Positions 54,755-64,000 of a DNA stretch of 64,000 bases are shown here, piece by piece. This DNA comes from an uncultured Planctomycetota bacterium (GTDB taxonomy: Bacteria > Planctomycetota > Planctomycetia > Gemmatales > Gemmataceae): NCBI GenBank assembly GCA_963849325.1, contig CAWKHF010000001.1, forward strand, positions 537,210-601,209, given 5' to 3'. Position 1 is the first letter of the stretch. Each line of letters opens with the position of its first letter. Under the pieces are notes generated by a model. The model was not told the origin of the DNA, made no database searches, and saw nothing but the letters and a program-made list of their open reading frames with translations. The translations under genes were made by a program, and so were the position numbers.

Positions 54755-55279
54755 ATGCGCAAACTCATGCTCGTCGCCCTGGCCCTGGCCTGGCTGCCCC
54801 TCGCGCTCCACGCCGAGGACAAGGCCAAACAAGCCCCCAAAGTCGTCCTGCAATCGCCCGACGGCAAGAAATCGTATGACCTCGACAAACTCACCAAGGA
54901 TGGGCCGGTCCTGGTGCGTCTGACGTGCGCCTGCTCCGGCTGCGATCAGGAGCTGCCGCACTTTCAGAAGCTGCAGGCCGCCTACAACGCCAAGGGCTTG
55001 CAGACCTTGGCCGTCTTCCGCGAGAAGCCGGAGGCCGCCAGCAATTACGCCGTCAAGAAGGGCGTCAAGTTCCTGTGGTTGGCCGATCCCAAGGGCGAGC
55101 TGTGGAAGACCTTCGACGCCAAGGTGATGCCGACCAACATCCTCATCGACAAGGGCGGCCGAGTCGTCAAGGTCGTGTCCGGCTGCACCAAGGACGGCAA
55201 GAACGCCCAGGTGCTGTCCGGCGAAATCGCCCGGCTGCTCCAGACCCCCGAAGCCCCCATCATCGAATCGAAGAAGTAA
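54755..55279 (+). CDS. Exported thioredoxin-fold (TlpA/peroxiredoxin-like) protein
   Basis: RBS GGAGG; signal peptide; CACSGC..ELP; MPTNILIDKGG. Confidence 0.82.
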   Translation: MRKLMLVALALAWLPLALHAEDKAKQAPKVVLQSPDGKKSYDLDKLTKDGPVLVRLTCACSGCDQELPHFQKLQAAYNAKGLQTLAVFREKPEAASNYAVKKGVKFLWLADPKGELWKTFDAKVMPTNILIDKGGRVVKVVSGCTKDGKNAQVLSGEIARLLQTPEAPIIESKK

Positions 55280-55281
55280 GA

Positions 55282-55362
55282 AGGGAATAGGGAATAGGGA
55301 ATAGGGAATAGGGAAGAAATCTCGCCCCTCTTCCCTATTCCCTATTCCCTATTCCCTATTCC
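55282..55362. repeat. Heptamer repeat (AGGGAAT)x~5 plus inverted (TTCCCTA)x~4
   Basis: Directly visible in the sequence. Confidence 0.9.
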
Positions 55363-55464
55363 GTGGCGTTCGCCTTGCACGATTGGGACCACTCGCCTAC
55401 AATCCGCCCGCTCGTCTCCACGGCAGGGGGGCGAGAGAGCCAATCCAAGAGGCGAGCGGAACTC

Positions 55465-58301
55465 ATGGTCCCGGAACCGATCTCCCCGCACGAGCGCTCT
55501 CCCGTCCGCCGCCTGCTGGGCCGCCTGGTGGCCGGGTGTGCCGCTATCCCCTGCCGGTGCTTCTGCTGTCGCTCGCTCTCGCCGGCCTCTCGATCTACGC
55601 CGCCGTCCACCCGCTTGCAGTACAGGACCCAGCGCAACGACCTCATCAGCCCGCACAAGGACTACCAGCAGCGCTGGCGCGCACTACCTGGCCGAGTTCG
55701 GCGACGACGATGACATCGTGGTCGTGGTCAAGGGCGACGATCGGCCGCGGATGGAGAAGGCCCTGGAAGCGTTGGCCGGCCGCGTGCAGGCGCGGCCGGA
55801 CCTGTTCGACCGGCTGTTTTACAAGGTCGATCTGCGGTCGCTGCGCAACCGCGCCTTGCTGTTTCTGTCCACCGAGGAAATCCAGGCGATCCAGCACCAT
55901 CTGCGCGACATGGGCTTGCTGCTGCAGATTGGCCCGATCGCCTGGCGGAACCTGACGCTGGCGAGTCTGCTGAAAGAGGCCCAGCAGCGCGCCGCCAAGA
56001 TGAAAGCGGGCGAGCGGCTGAAGCCGGGCGACGAGGAATTGCTGACGCAGGTGTGGAACATCACGCGGAACGCCCGCGACGTGGTCGCCGACCCGGCCCG
56101 CTACAAGACGCCCTGGGGCAGCCTGCTGGCCCGGCCGCCGGAACAGAAAGACCTGCTGGCCGAGCCGCAGTATTTCTTCAGCGATCCGCCCGGCAGCGAC
56201 GGCCAGGGCGAGACGCTGGCCTTCCTGCTCGTGCGGCCCATCAAGGAACAAGGCTCGTTCACTTCGGCGCTGAAAAGCGTGACGGCCCTGCGCGACATCG
56301 TGGCCCAGACGCGGCCGGACTATCCCGGCGTCGAGTTCGGCCTGACCGGCCTGCCGGTGCTGGAAACCGACGAGATGACCGCCGCCGACCACGACACGCG
56401 CCTGGCCTCGTGGCTGGCCATCGCCGGCGTCAGCGCTGCTGTTCGTCCTGGTCTATCGCGGCCTCTGGTATCCGCTGCTGACCGTGGCGACGCTGCTGAT
56501 CGGCACCGCCTGGGCGATGGGCTGGCTGACGCTGACGGTCGGCCATCTGAACATCCTGTCGGCGACGTTCGCCGTCATGCTCATCGGCATGGGCGATTAC
56601 GGCGTGCTGTGGGTGATGCGTTACGAGCAGGCCCGGCAGCGCGGGGCGGACGTGCGGACGGCGCTCTTGCACACGACGACGCACGTCGCCATCGGCAACC
56701 TGACGGCGGCCAGCACGCTGGCCCTGGCGTTCTTCGCCGCCATGTTCGCCGACTTCCAGGCCGTCGCCGAGCTGGGCTGGATCGCCGGCTGCGGCGTGCT
56801 GCTGTGCGCCTTCGCCTGCTTCACCGTCCTGCCCGCCCTGCTCATGCTGTTCGACCGGCGAAAGATATCCGATTGAAGGAGACGACGGGCCTCGTAACAT
56901 TCTTTCTTTTTCTCCGTCCTCCCTTCGGGACGCCTGGCTGCCGGGACTCGCTCGCCGCGCCGGCTGGGTGGCCTGCGCCGGCGTGGCGCTGACGGCCGGC
57001 CTGGGTTACTGCGCCTGGCGCGGCGTGACCTACGATCACAACCTGCTGCACCTGCAGGCGCGCGACCTCGATCGGTGAAATGGGAGCTGACGCTGATCGA
57101 GCACACCGCCGGCGCCAACTGGCACGCCGTCAGCTACACCGACACGCCGGCGGAAGCGCTGGCCCTCAAGGCGCGCTACGAGCAGCTGCCGGAGGTGGCC
57201 CGCGTCGTCGAGGTCGCCTCGCTGGTGCCGGCGGACCAGGAACAGAAGATTCGACTGCTCGCCGACATCCGCCAGCGCCTGCGCCATCTGCCGCGGCGCG
57301 GCCAGGTCATCGAGCACGCCCGGCCCCAATGCGCGGACCTCATCGAGCGCCTTGACCAGCCTGGCCGAGCAATTGCAGCCGTTGGCCGGCTCCGCTCGCA
57401 ATGCCAAGGACGAACCCTCGACCCTGCTGGCCGACCTGCGTAACAGCGCGCAGGATCTCCACATGCAGCTGACGGTCCTGCCGGCGGAGACGGTGGAGGA
57501 GCGGCTGCAAATGTTCGAGCAACGCCTGGCCGGCGACCTGGCCGAGGACCTGCACCGCCTGCGCGAGGTGGCCACGCCGGCGCCGATCGCCTTGGCCGAC
57601 CTGCCGCCGGACCTGCGCGTCCGCTACGTCGGCCAAAGCGGCAAGTGGCTGCTGCGCGTCTTCGCCCGCCAATCGCTGTGGGAGTTCCCCCAACTGGAGC
57701 AGTTCACCGAGAAAATCCACGCCATCGATCCCGAGCGCCACCGGCAAGCCGTTCGGCACCGTCGAGGGGTTGCAAGGCGATGAAGAACGGCCTGGAGCGG
57801 GCCGGCATCTACGCCTTCCTGGTCATCGTCGCCGTGCTTGTGGCTCGACTTCCGCAGCTGGAAGCGCACCGCTGCTCGCCGTCGCGCCGCTGGTGCTGGC
57901 CGTGGTCCTGTCGCTGGGCGTCCTGGGCCTGCTGGGCGTGCCGCTCAACCCGGCCAACATGATCGCCTTCCCGCTGATCCTCGGCGTCGGCGTCGATAAC
58001 GGCGTCCACGTCCTGCACGATTACCTGCTGCGCCGCCGCGGACAGGAGGCGACCATCAGCTACGCCATCGGCCGCGGCGTGCTGGTCAAGGCGCTGACGA
58101 CGATGATCGGCTTCGGCACGCTGATGATCTCCAGCGAGCGCGGCCTGGTCGGGACTGGGTCTGATCCTCACGCTCGGCGTCGGCTGCTCGATGCTGACCG
58201 CGCTGGTCTTCCTGCCGGCGGTGCTGCATCTGCGGGCGCGGCGCCGGCCGGCGACAGTGCCGCCGATGGAGACGCCGGCGGAATCGCCGCTCGCCGCCTA
58301 A
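55465..58301 (+). CDS. MMPL/RND transporter, HpnN-like (many apparent frameshifts)
   Basis: YRTQRNDLI, GLTGLPVLETDEM, LIGMGDYG, VAELGWIAG, LILGVGVDNGVH, LTTMIGFG. Confidence 0.85.
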
Positions 58302-58317
58302 CCCACAAACGGCTTCC

Positions 58318-58374
58318 TCCGAGCCTGAAGCGTAAGCGAAGCAACAGCAACTTCGCTTACGCTTCAGGCTCGGA
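58318..58374. repeat. Family D palindrome
   Basis: tccgagcctgaagcgtaagcgaag...cttcgcttacgcttcaggctcgga. Confidence 0.9.
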
Positions 58375-58442
58375 CTTGATACCATAACAATCTCCGTGGT
58401 CTGCCTCTCCCACCGCGTACCCGCACCGATCTGGAAGCGACG

Positions 58443-59615
58443 ATGAGCAACGGCACCCTCAAGGATCCCGAAGATTTCTTTTCCGAAACCCGGATGACCT
58501 TCGGCGATCACATCGAGGAACTGCGCGTCCACCTGTGGCGCGCCATCGCCGGCTTTGGCGTGGCCCTGTTTTTGAGCTTCTTCATCGGCAAGCACGCCGT
58601 CGATTTCATCACCGCCCCCGTCAAGCAGCAGCTCGGCGAGTTTCACAAACGCCGCGTCGAAAAGACGCTCAAGGAGCTGCAAACCGATCCCAGCTATCAG
58701 AAGGCCAACGAGGCGACCGGCTTCACCAAGGTCTACTTCCGCCGCGATCAACTGTTGGCCGTCCTCCAGGGCGCATCGGCCGAGGAGCTGGAGAAATACA
58801 AACGCCCCCTTCGCCGCGGTAACGAGAAGAAGAACGAGGAAAGTTCGTTGCTGGACCGGCTCATTGGCCGCTCCGGCGGCAAGGAGCAACCCAAGGAAGA
58901 CGAGGAAATTGTCGCTGAAAACGATCTCGTTCCTCTCTGGCAGGCGCACGGCGAACCGCTCCAGGAAACGGCGTTGCTTCAGCACGCCCTGCGCATCGTC
59001 GGCGGTTTTGACGACATGTCCACGTTCAACGTCATGGAAGCGTTCATGGTCTGGTTCAAGGTGTGCATTGTCTGCGGCATCGTCATCGGCAGTCCGTGGA
59101 TCTTCTGGCAGATCTGGATGTTTATCGCCGCCGGGTTGTATCCGCACGAGAAACGCCTGGTCCACGTTTATCTGCCGGTCAGTCTCGGTCTGTTCCTGCT
59201 GGGCGTGGCTATCTGCGAGTTCCTCGTCATCCCCCGCGCCATCGAGGCGCTGTTGTGGTTCAACGAGTGGATGGGTTTCAAGCCGGACCTGCGGCTGAGC
59301 GAATGGCTCGGCTTCGCCATCTGGATGCCGCTGATCTTCGGCGCCTCGTTCCAGACGCCGCTGGTAATGCTGTTCGCGGCCAAGCTCGGCGTCGTCAATG
59401 CCGACACCTTCCGCAACAAGCGGCGCTACGCCTGGTTCGGCATGGCCGTATTCGCCGCCCTCGTGACCCCCACGCCGGACGCCCTGACCATGCTGTTCTT
59501 GTGGGTGCCCATGAGCCTGCTGTTCGAGTTGGGCATCTGGCTCATCCAGATGTCGCCGAGCGAGCCGGAACTGGGCGAGGACGTGCCCTCCTCCGAGGAA
59601 ATGATCGAGGTGTGA
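58443..59615 (+). CDS. tatC: Twin-arginine translocase subunit TatC with long first periplasmic loop
   Basis: MTFGDHIEELR, QIWMFIAAGLYPHEKR, FQTP, TPTPD, LFELG. Confidence 0.93.
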   Translation: MSNGTLKDPEDFFSETRMTFGDHIEELRVHLWRAIAGFGVALFLSFFIGKHAVDFITAPVKQQLGEFHKRRVEKTLKELQTDPSYQKANEATGFTKVYFRRDQLLAVLQGASAEELEKYKRPLRRGNEKKNEESSLLDRLIGRSGGKEQPKEDEEIVAENDLVPLWQAHGEPLQETALLQHALRIVGGFDDMSTFNVMEAFMVWFKVCIVCGIVIGSPWIFWQIWMFIAAGLYPHEKRLVHVYLPVSLGLFLLGVAICEFLVIPRAIEALLWFNEWMGFKPDLRLSEWLGFAIWMPLIFGASFQTPLVMLFAAKLGVVNADTFRNKRRYAWFGMAVFAALVTPTPDALTMLFLWVPMSLLFELGIWLIQMSPSEPELGEDVPSSEEMIEV

Positions 59616-59629
59616 GGCACCGACGGGGG

Positions 59630-61195
59630 ATGGGGATGATGGAGCCGGATTCCAGCCGCGACCAGCCGTCTTCTCCCCCTCCTTCCGCCTCCGTCGCCCT
59701 TGTCGGAGCCGGACCCGGCAATCCCGGCCTGCTGACGCTGCGTGCGGTCGAATGCCTCGCACGGGCCGACCTGGTCCTGTACGACCGGCTCGTCCCCGTT
59801 CGCTTGCTGGATCACGTCCCGGCGACGGCCCAGCGGATTTGCGTCGATGCACTGCACGGCTCGCATCCGGAGGCGCTGGCCGGAGATTTATCAGATCATG
59901 ATCGACGCCGCTCGCCGAGGACAGCGCGTCGTGCGTCTCAAGGGCGGCGATCCGTTTCTGTTCGGCCGTGGCGGCGAGGAGGCCGAGGCGCTGCGGCGGG
60001 CCGGCATCTCCTACGAGGTCGTGCCCGGCGTGACGGCGGCGCTGGGCGCGGCGCCTTCGCCGGCATTCCGCTGACGCACCGCCAACACGTCAGCGCCGTG
60101 GCTTTCGTCACCGGCCACGAAAAGCCGGACAAGACTGACAGCTTCCTCGATTGGCCGGCGCTGGCCCGATTTCCGGGAACGCTGGTCATCTACATGGGTA
60201 TGGCCCGGTTGCCGCATATCGTGCAGATGTTGACGGAGCACGGCAAGCCGGCGGAGACGCCGGCCGCGGCGGTCCACTGGGCGACGACCGGCCGACAGCG
60301 CACGGTGACGGCGGCGCTGGGCGACCTGCCCGCCGCCGTGCGCGAGGCGGGGCTGACGGCGCCATCGCTCGTTATCGTCGGCTCCGTGGTGACGCTCCGC
60401 GCGGAATTGGCCTGGTTCGAGACACGGCCGCTCCTGGGCCGGCGCATCCTGGTGACACGTCCTCGTCACCAGGCGGGGGAAATGGTCGCCCGGCTGGAGG
60501 AACTCGGCGCCGTCGTGTCGCTGCTGCCGGCAGTCGAGGTCCGCGAGCCGGCGGACTGGGCGCCGGTGGACCGAGCGCTGGCCGAACTGGCGAGCTATCA
60601 ATGGCTCGTCTTCACCAGCGTCAACGGCGTGGATGCCTTCGTCCGCCGTCTGCGCCAGACGGGGCGCGACCTGCGTGCCCTGGGTTCGCTGCGCCTGGCC
60701 GTCATCGGTCCCGCCACCGCCGACGCCCTGCGCCGCTATCATCTGGAGCCGGATCTCATCCCGCCCGTCTACGATTCGGAAAGCCTGGCCTCGGCCTTGA
60801 AGGAACGGACGGCCGGACAGCGCGTGCTGCTGGCGCGAGCGGATCGAGGGCGCGAGGTGTTGCGCGAACAGCTGACGAGCGTGGCGGAGGTCGAGCAGAT
60901 CGCCGTCTATTCCCAGGTGGATGCCGTCGAGCCGGCGTCGGAGGCCGTCGAAGCCTTGCGACGGGGTGACATCGATTATGTCACCTTGACCAGCTCCAAC
61001 ATCGCGCGGTCGCTGGTCCGCGGACTCGACGAGGAAGCGTTGCGGCGCATCCGTGCCGGCTCCGTGCGACTGGTGAGTATCAGTCCGGTGACGAGCGCGG
61101 CGATCCGGGAGCTGGGTTTGCCGGTGGCGGCGGAAGCGCGGGAGTTCACCGCCGAGGGGGTAGTGCAAGCGCTGCTCGATCTGGCCCACAAATAA
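59630..61195 (+). CDS. cobA-hemD: Uroporphyrinogen-III C-methyltransferase / synthase fusion (compensating frameshifts about 59872-60050)
   Basis: [55 protein letters not shown]. Confidence 0.92.
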   Translation: MGMMEPDSSRDQPSSPPPSASVALVGAGPGNPGLLTLRAVECLARADLVLYDRLVPVRLLDHVPATAQRICVDALHGSHPEALAGDLSDHDRRRSPRTARRASQGRRSVSVRPWRRGGRGAAAGRHLLRGRARRDGGAGRGAFAGIPLTHRQHVSAVAFVTGHEKPDKTDSFLDWPALARFPGTLVIYMGMARLPHIVQMLTEHGKPAETPAAAVHWATTGRQRTVTAALGDLPAAVREAGLTAPSLVIVGSVVTLRAELAWFETRPLLGRRILVTRPRHQAGEMVARLEELGAVVSLLPAVEVREPADWAPVDRALAELASYQWLVFTSVNGVDAFVRRLRQTGRDLRALGSLRLAVIGPATADALRRYHLEPDLIPPVYDSESLASALKERTAGQRVLLARADRGREVLREQLTSVAEVEQIAVYSQVDAVEPASEAVEALRRGDIDYVTLTSSNIARSLVRGLDEEALRRIRAGSVRLVSISPVTSAAIRELGLPVAAEAREFTAEGVVQALLDLAHK

Positions 61196-61199
61196 CTTC

Positions 61200-61260
61200 G
61201 TTTAGCCGCGACGCGCAGCGGAGCGCGGCAGCCGCGCTCCGCTGCGCGTCGCGGCTAAAC
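61200..61260. repeat. Family A REPIN-like palindrome
   Basis: Full inverted pair between convergent genes. Confidence 0.9.
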
Positions 61261-61267
61261 TTGGAAC

Positions 61268-61474
61268 TTAACGTAAATCGCGGAAGGCGTCGTAGGCCAG
61301 GTAGAGCACGGCTCCGCACGAGAGAATGACGAGAACGTCCACGAACTTGCTGATCCCGCCGAAGGGAAAGTTGAAGATCAGGTCGAGAAGGAACAGGAGG
61401 AGAAGCAATCCGGCGACTCCCATGGAGCCCCAGCACAGCCATTTTTCCATGAAGAGCCCTTTCACCGCCTGCAT
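61268..61474 (-). CDS. Small two-TM membrane protein (start 61474 or 61450)
   Basis: MEKWLCWGSMGVAGLLLLLFLLDL..PFGG...LYLAYDAFRDLR. Confidence 0.75.
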   Translation of the reverse strand: MQAVKGLFMEKWLCWGSMGVAGLLLLLFLLDLIFNFPFGGISKFVDVLVILSCGAVLYLAYDAFRDLR

Positions 61475-61718
61475 GATGCCGCCCCGGCTCGACAGGTGAA
61501 TCCGCGGACCCGCGCCGCTGCGTGGTACGGGCATCGGCACTCTCCCCATTCAATTGCAACATTGTAGCGGTTCCGACTCAAGCCGCCACTCCCGCCCCAG
61601 CCGGAAAAATGTCTCCGCGCCGGCCGCAGAACGCGCACCATCCCTACGGATCGCTTGACAAACCGGCCTCCTCTCGGCACTCTGGCGGAAAGTATCTGTC
61701 GCTCCGGGGAGGAGACCC

Positions 61719-62724
61719 TTGGCTACACCTGTCGTCTTGATCGCCGGCGACGGCATCGGGCCGGAAGTGACGGCGGCCATGCAGACCGTCGTCCAGGCGG
61801 CGGGCGCGGACGTGACCTGGGTCGAGGCGATGGCCGGCCTGGGCGCCGCCGAGCGCTACGGCGATCCGCTGCCGGCCGCCACCCTCGATCTCATCCGCCG
61901 CTATCGCGTCGCCCTCAAGGGACCGTGTACCACGCCGGTCGGCAAGGGCTTTCGCTCCATCAACGTCCGTCTGCGCAAGGAGCTGGACCTGTACGCCAGC
62001 GTCCGTCCCGTGTGTACGCTGCCGGGCGTGGCCGTGCCCTACGAAAAGGTCGATCTCGTCGTCGTCCGCGAGAACACCGAGGGGCTGTACTCGGGACAGG
62101 AGCACGTCGTCGTTCCCGGCGTGGTCGAGAGCCTGCGCATCATCACGCGGACGGCGGCGGAGCGCATCGTCCGCTACGCTTTCGAGCTGGCCCGGCACGG
62201 TGGACGCCGCCGCGTCACCTTCTGCCACAAGGCCGACGTCATGCCGCTGAGCGACGGCCTGTTCCTCACCACGGCGCGGGCCGTCGCCGACGATTATCCC
62301 TTCCTCGAATTTGAGGAGATGCACGTCGATCACCTGTGTTTGCAGCTGGCCCTGGACCCGACGCACTTCGACGTGCTGGTGATGGAAAATCTGTTCGGCG
62401 ACGTGGTGAGCGACCTGTGCGCCGGCCTGGTGGGCGGCCTGGGCCTGGTGCCGGGCGCCAACCTGGGGCAGCGCTATGCCGTGTTCGAGGCGGTGCATGG
62501 CAGCGCGCCGGACATCGCCGGCAAGGGACTGGCCAACCCAATCGCCCTGATCCGCTCGGCGGCGATGATGCTGGAGCACATCGGCCAGCGGCAATCCGCT
62601 GGCCGCATCGAGGACGTCGGTACGGCGAACGCTGGCGGCGAAGCGCGGCCTGACGCGCGACCTCGGCGGCGACGGCAACACCGCCACGCTGACGCAGCAG
62701 CTGATCGCCAACTTGCAGGTTTAG
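61719..62724 (+). CDS. NAD-dependent isocitrate dehydrogenase-family protein 1 (frameshift near 62617)
   Basis: GDGIGPEV, SINVRLRK, RENTEGLY, FGDVVSD, HGSAPDIAG; corrected end LTRDLGG...IANLQV*. Confidence 0.9.
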
Positions 62725-62782
62725 CCGCGACTGCGCAGCGGAGCGCGGCTAGCCCGCGCTCCGCTGCGCGTCGCGGCTAAAC
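62719..62782. repeat. Family A REPIN-like palindrome between the two idh-like genes; supplies the first gene's stop
   Basis: ...TTG CAG GTT TAG ccgcgactgcgcagcggagcgcgg...ggctaaac. Confidence 0.88.
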
Positions 62783-62797
62783 GAGAAAGGTGTGCGC

Positions 62798-63818
62798 ATG
62801 GCCTTACGTGTCACGCTGGTTCAGGGCGGCGGGGCGGGACTCGATCAGGTGCCGGCCGTGCAGACGATTTTCGCCGCAGCCGGCGTCGCGATCGACTGGG
62901 ACGAACATCTGGCCGGCTGGGCGTCGATGGAGCGCGGCGGCCCGGCCACTGCCCCGAGGAGTTGCTGCGCTCGGTGCGCGACACCGGCCGCGTACTGAAG
63001 ACCAAGCTGCTGCCGCCGCCGGGACCGGCCTCCGGACCTCGACCGGAGAAGTTCAACTTCAACGTCCAGCTCCGCCGCGAACTGGGCCTGTTCGCCTCGG
63101 TTCGGCCGCTGAAGAACCTGCCCGGACTGCCGGCCCGCTTTCAGGGCGTGGACATGCTCGTCATCCGCGAGCTGACCGAAGACCTGTACGCCGCCATCGA
63201 ACACGAGATCGTGCCCGGCGTGGTGCAGAGCATCAAGGTCGTGACCGAGGCCGCCAGCCGTCGCTTCTTCCGCTTCGCCTTCGAGTGGGCCGCGCGGCCG
63301 GCCGCAAGACCGTGACCTGCGTCCACAAGGCCAACATCCTCAAGCTGGCCGACGGCCTGTTCCTGGAAGCGTTCCGCACGGCGGCGCAGGACTTCCCCGA
63401 ATTGCAGCCGCGCGAGATCATCGTCGACAACTGCTGCATGCAGATGGTGTCGCGGCCGCAGCAGTTCGACGTGCTGGTCATGGGCAACCTGTACGGCGAC
63501 CTGGTGAGCGACCTCGGCGCCGGCGTCGTCGGCGGCATCAGCGCCACGGCCGGCATCAACGTCGGCGACGGCGTGCGCGTCTACGAAGCGTTCCACGGCG
63601 GCAGCCGCGAGCTGATCGGCGTCAACCGCGCCAACCCGCTGCCGCTGCTGCTGCCGGCCATCGACCTGCTCGACGCCGAAGGGCAGGACGTCCTCGCTCG
63701 CCGCCTCCTGTCGGCGGCCGAGCGCGTGCTGAGCGAACGTCGGGCACTGACGCCCGACCTGGGCGGACAGGCGACGACGACGGACATGACGGATGCCATC
63801 ATCGCGGCGTTGCAATGA
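62798..63818 (+). CDS. Isocitrate dehydrogenase-family protein 2 with degenerate coenzyme motifs (frameshifts near 62955 and 63295)
   Basis: NVQLRRELGLFASVRP, RELTEDLY, HKANILK, VDNCCMQ, YGDLVSD, TPDLGG. Confidence 0.88.
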
Positions 63819-63846
63819 CCGAGCCGTTGCTTCCCTTGCCTTGGTT

Positions 63847-64000
63847 TTACGGGATCACCACCTTGGGAGTCGCTGGCGCCGTCGCGGGCTTCTTGGGTTT
63901 CTCGGCCGGCTTGTCCTTCTTTTCGCCCGGATCGCGCCGGCGTTGCAGCCGGAGCTTTTCTTGCTCTTCCAGCAAGGCACGCGCGTTGTCCTTGCTCGTC
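63847..64000 (-). CDS. 3' end of an unidentified gene entering from beyond the window
   Basis: Open minus-strand frame ...DNARALLEEQEKLRLQRRRDPGEKKDKPAEKPKKPATAPATPKVVIP*. Confidence 0.55.
   Translation of the reverse strand, partial: TSKDNARALLEEQEKLRLQRRRDPGEKKDKPAEKPKKPATAPATPKVVIP

Noticed and set aside
55465-58301. Hopanoid biosynthesis cluster around the HpnN-like transporter
   Set aside because: No squalene-hopene cyclase or other hpn genes are in the window, so the substrate cannot be assigned.

Overview
GC-rich bacterial DNA, very probably a planctomycete of the Gemmataceae type. This is inferred from the DUF4058 protein, the PVC-type CxxCH protein, the Ser/Thr kinase-WD40-TPR protein, the 'VESLERRDLL' export motif and the Zn-ribbon/TM proteins. 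About 1-21 kb is a flagellar cluster: flgB(5' end), motA, two divergent motB-like genes, an HDOD-GGDEF-MshEN cyclase, fliL/M/N, flgE/D, fliK, a chaperone-like gene, two TPR proteins, PilZ, flgM, fliC, fliD and fliS. The rest is mixed housekeeping and accessory genes. Many genes carry single-base frameshifts that look like uncorrected long-read errors, so coordinates of split genes are reconstructions. I found no rRNA, tRNA, CRISPR array or transposase. There is a dense set of palindromic REP/REPIN-like elements of several families; seven copies supply the stop codon of an adjacent gene and one sits in frame inside a CDS. The most interesting candidates are: (1) a tandem pair of isocitrate-dehydrogenase-family genes with complementary motif loss, suggesting a bacterial catalytic+regulatory heteromer; (2) a possibly non-standard flagellar motor, with two MotB paralogues lacking the peptidoglycan-binding motif plus one secreted and one membrane-anchored TPR protein reminiscent of PflA/PflB; (3) a GlgC paralogue mutated at the two residues that inactivate plant modulatory subunits; (4) a secreted Gly/Met low-complexity protein; (5) unusual c-di-GMP domain fusions. 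No database searches were possible; family assignments come from motif recognition.
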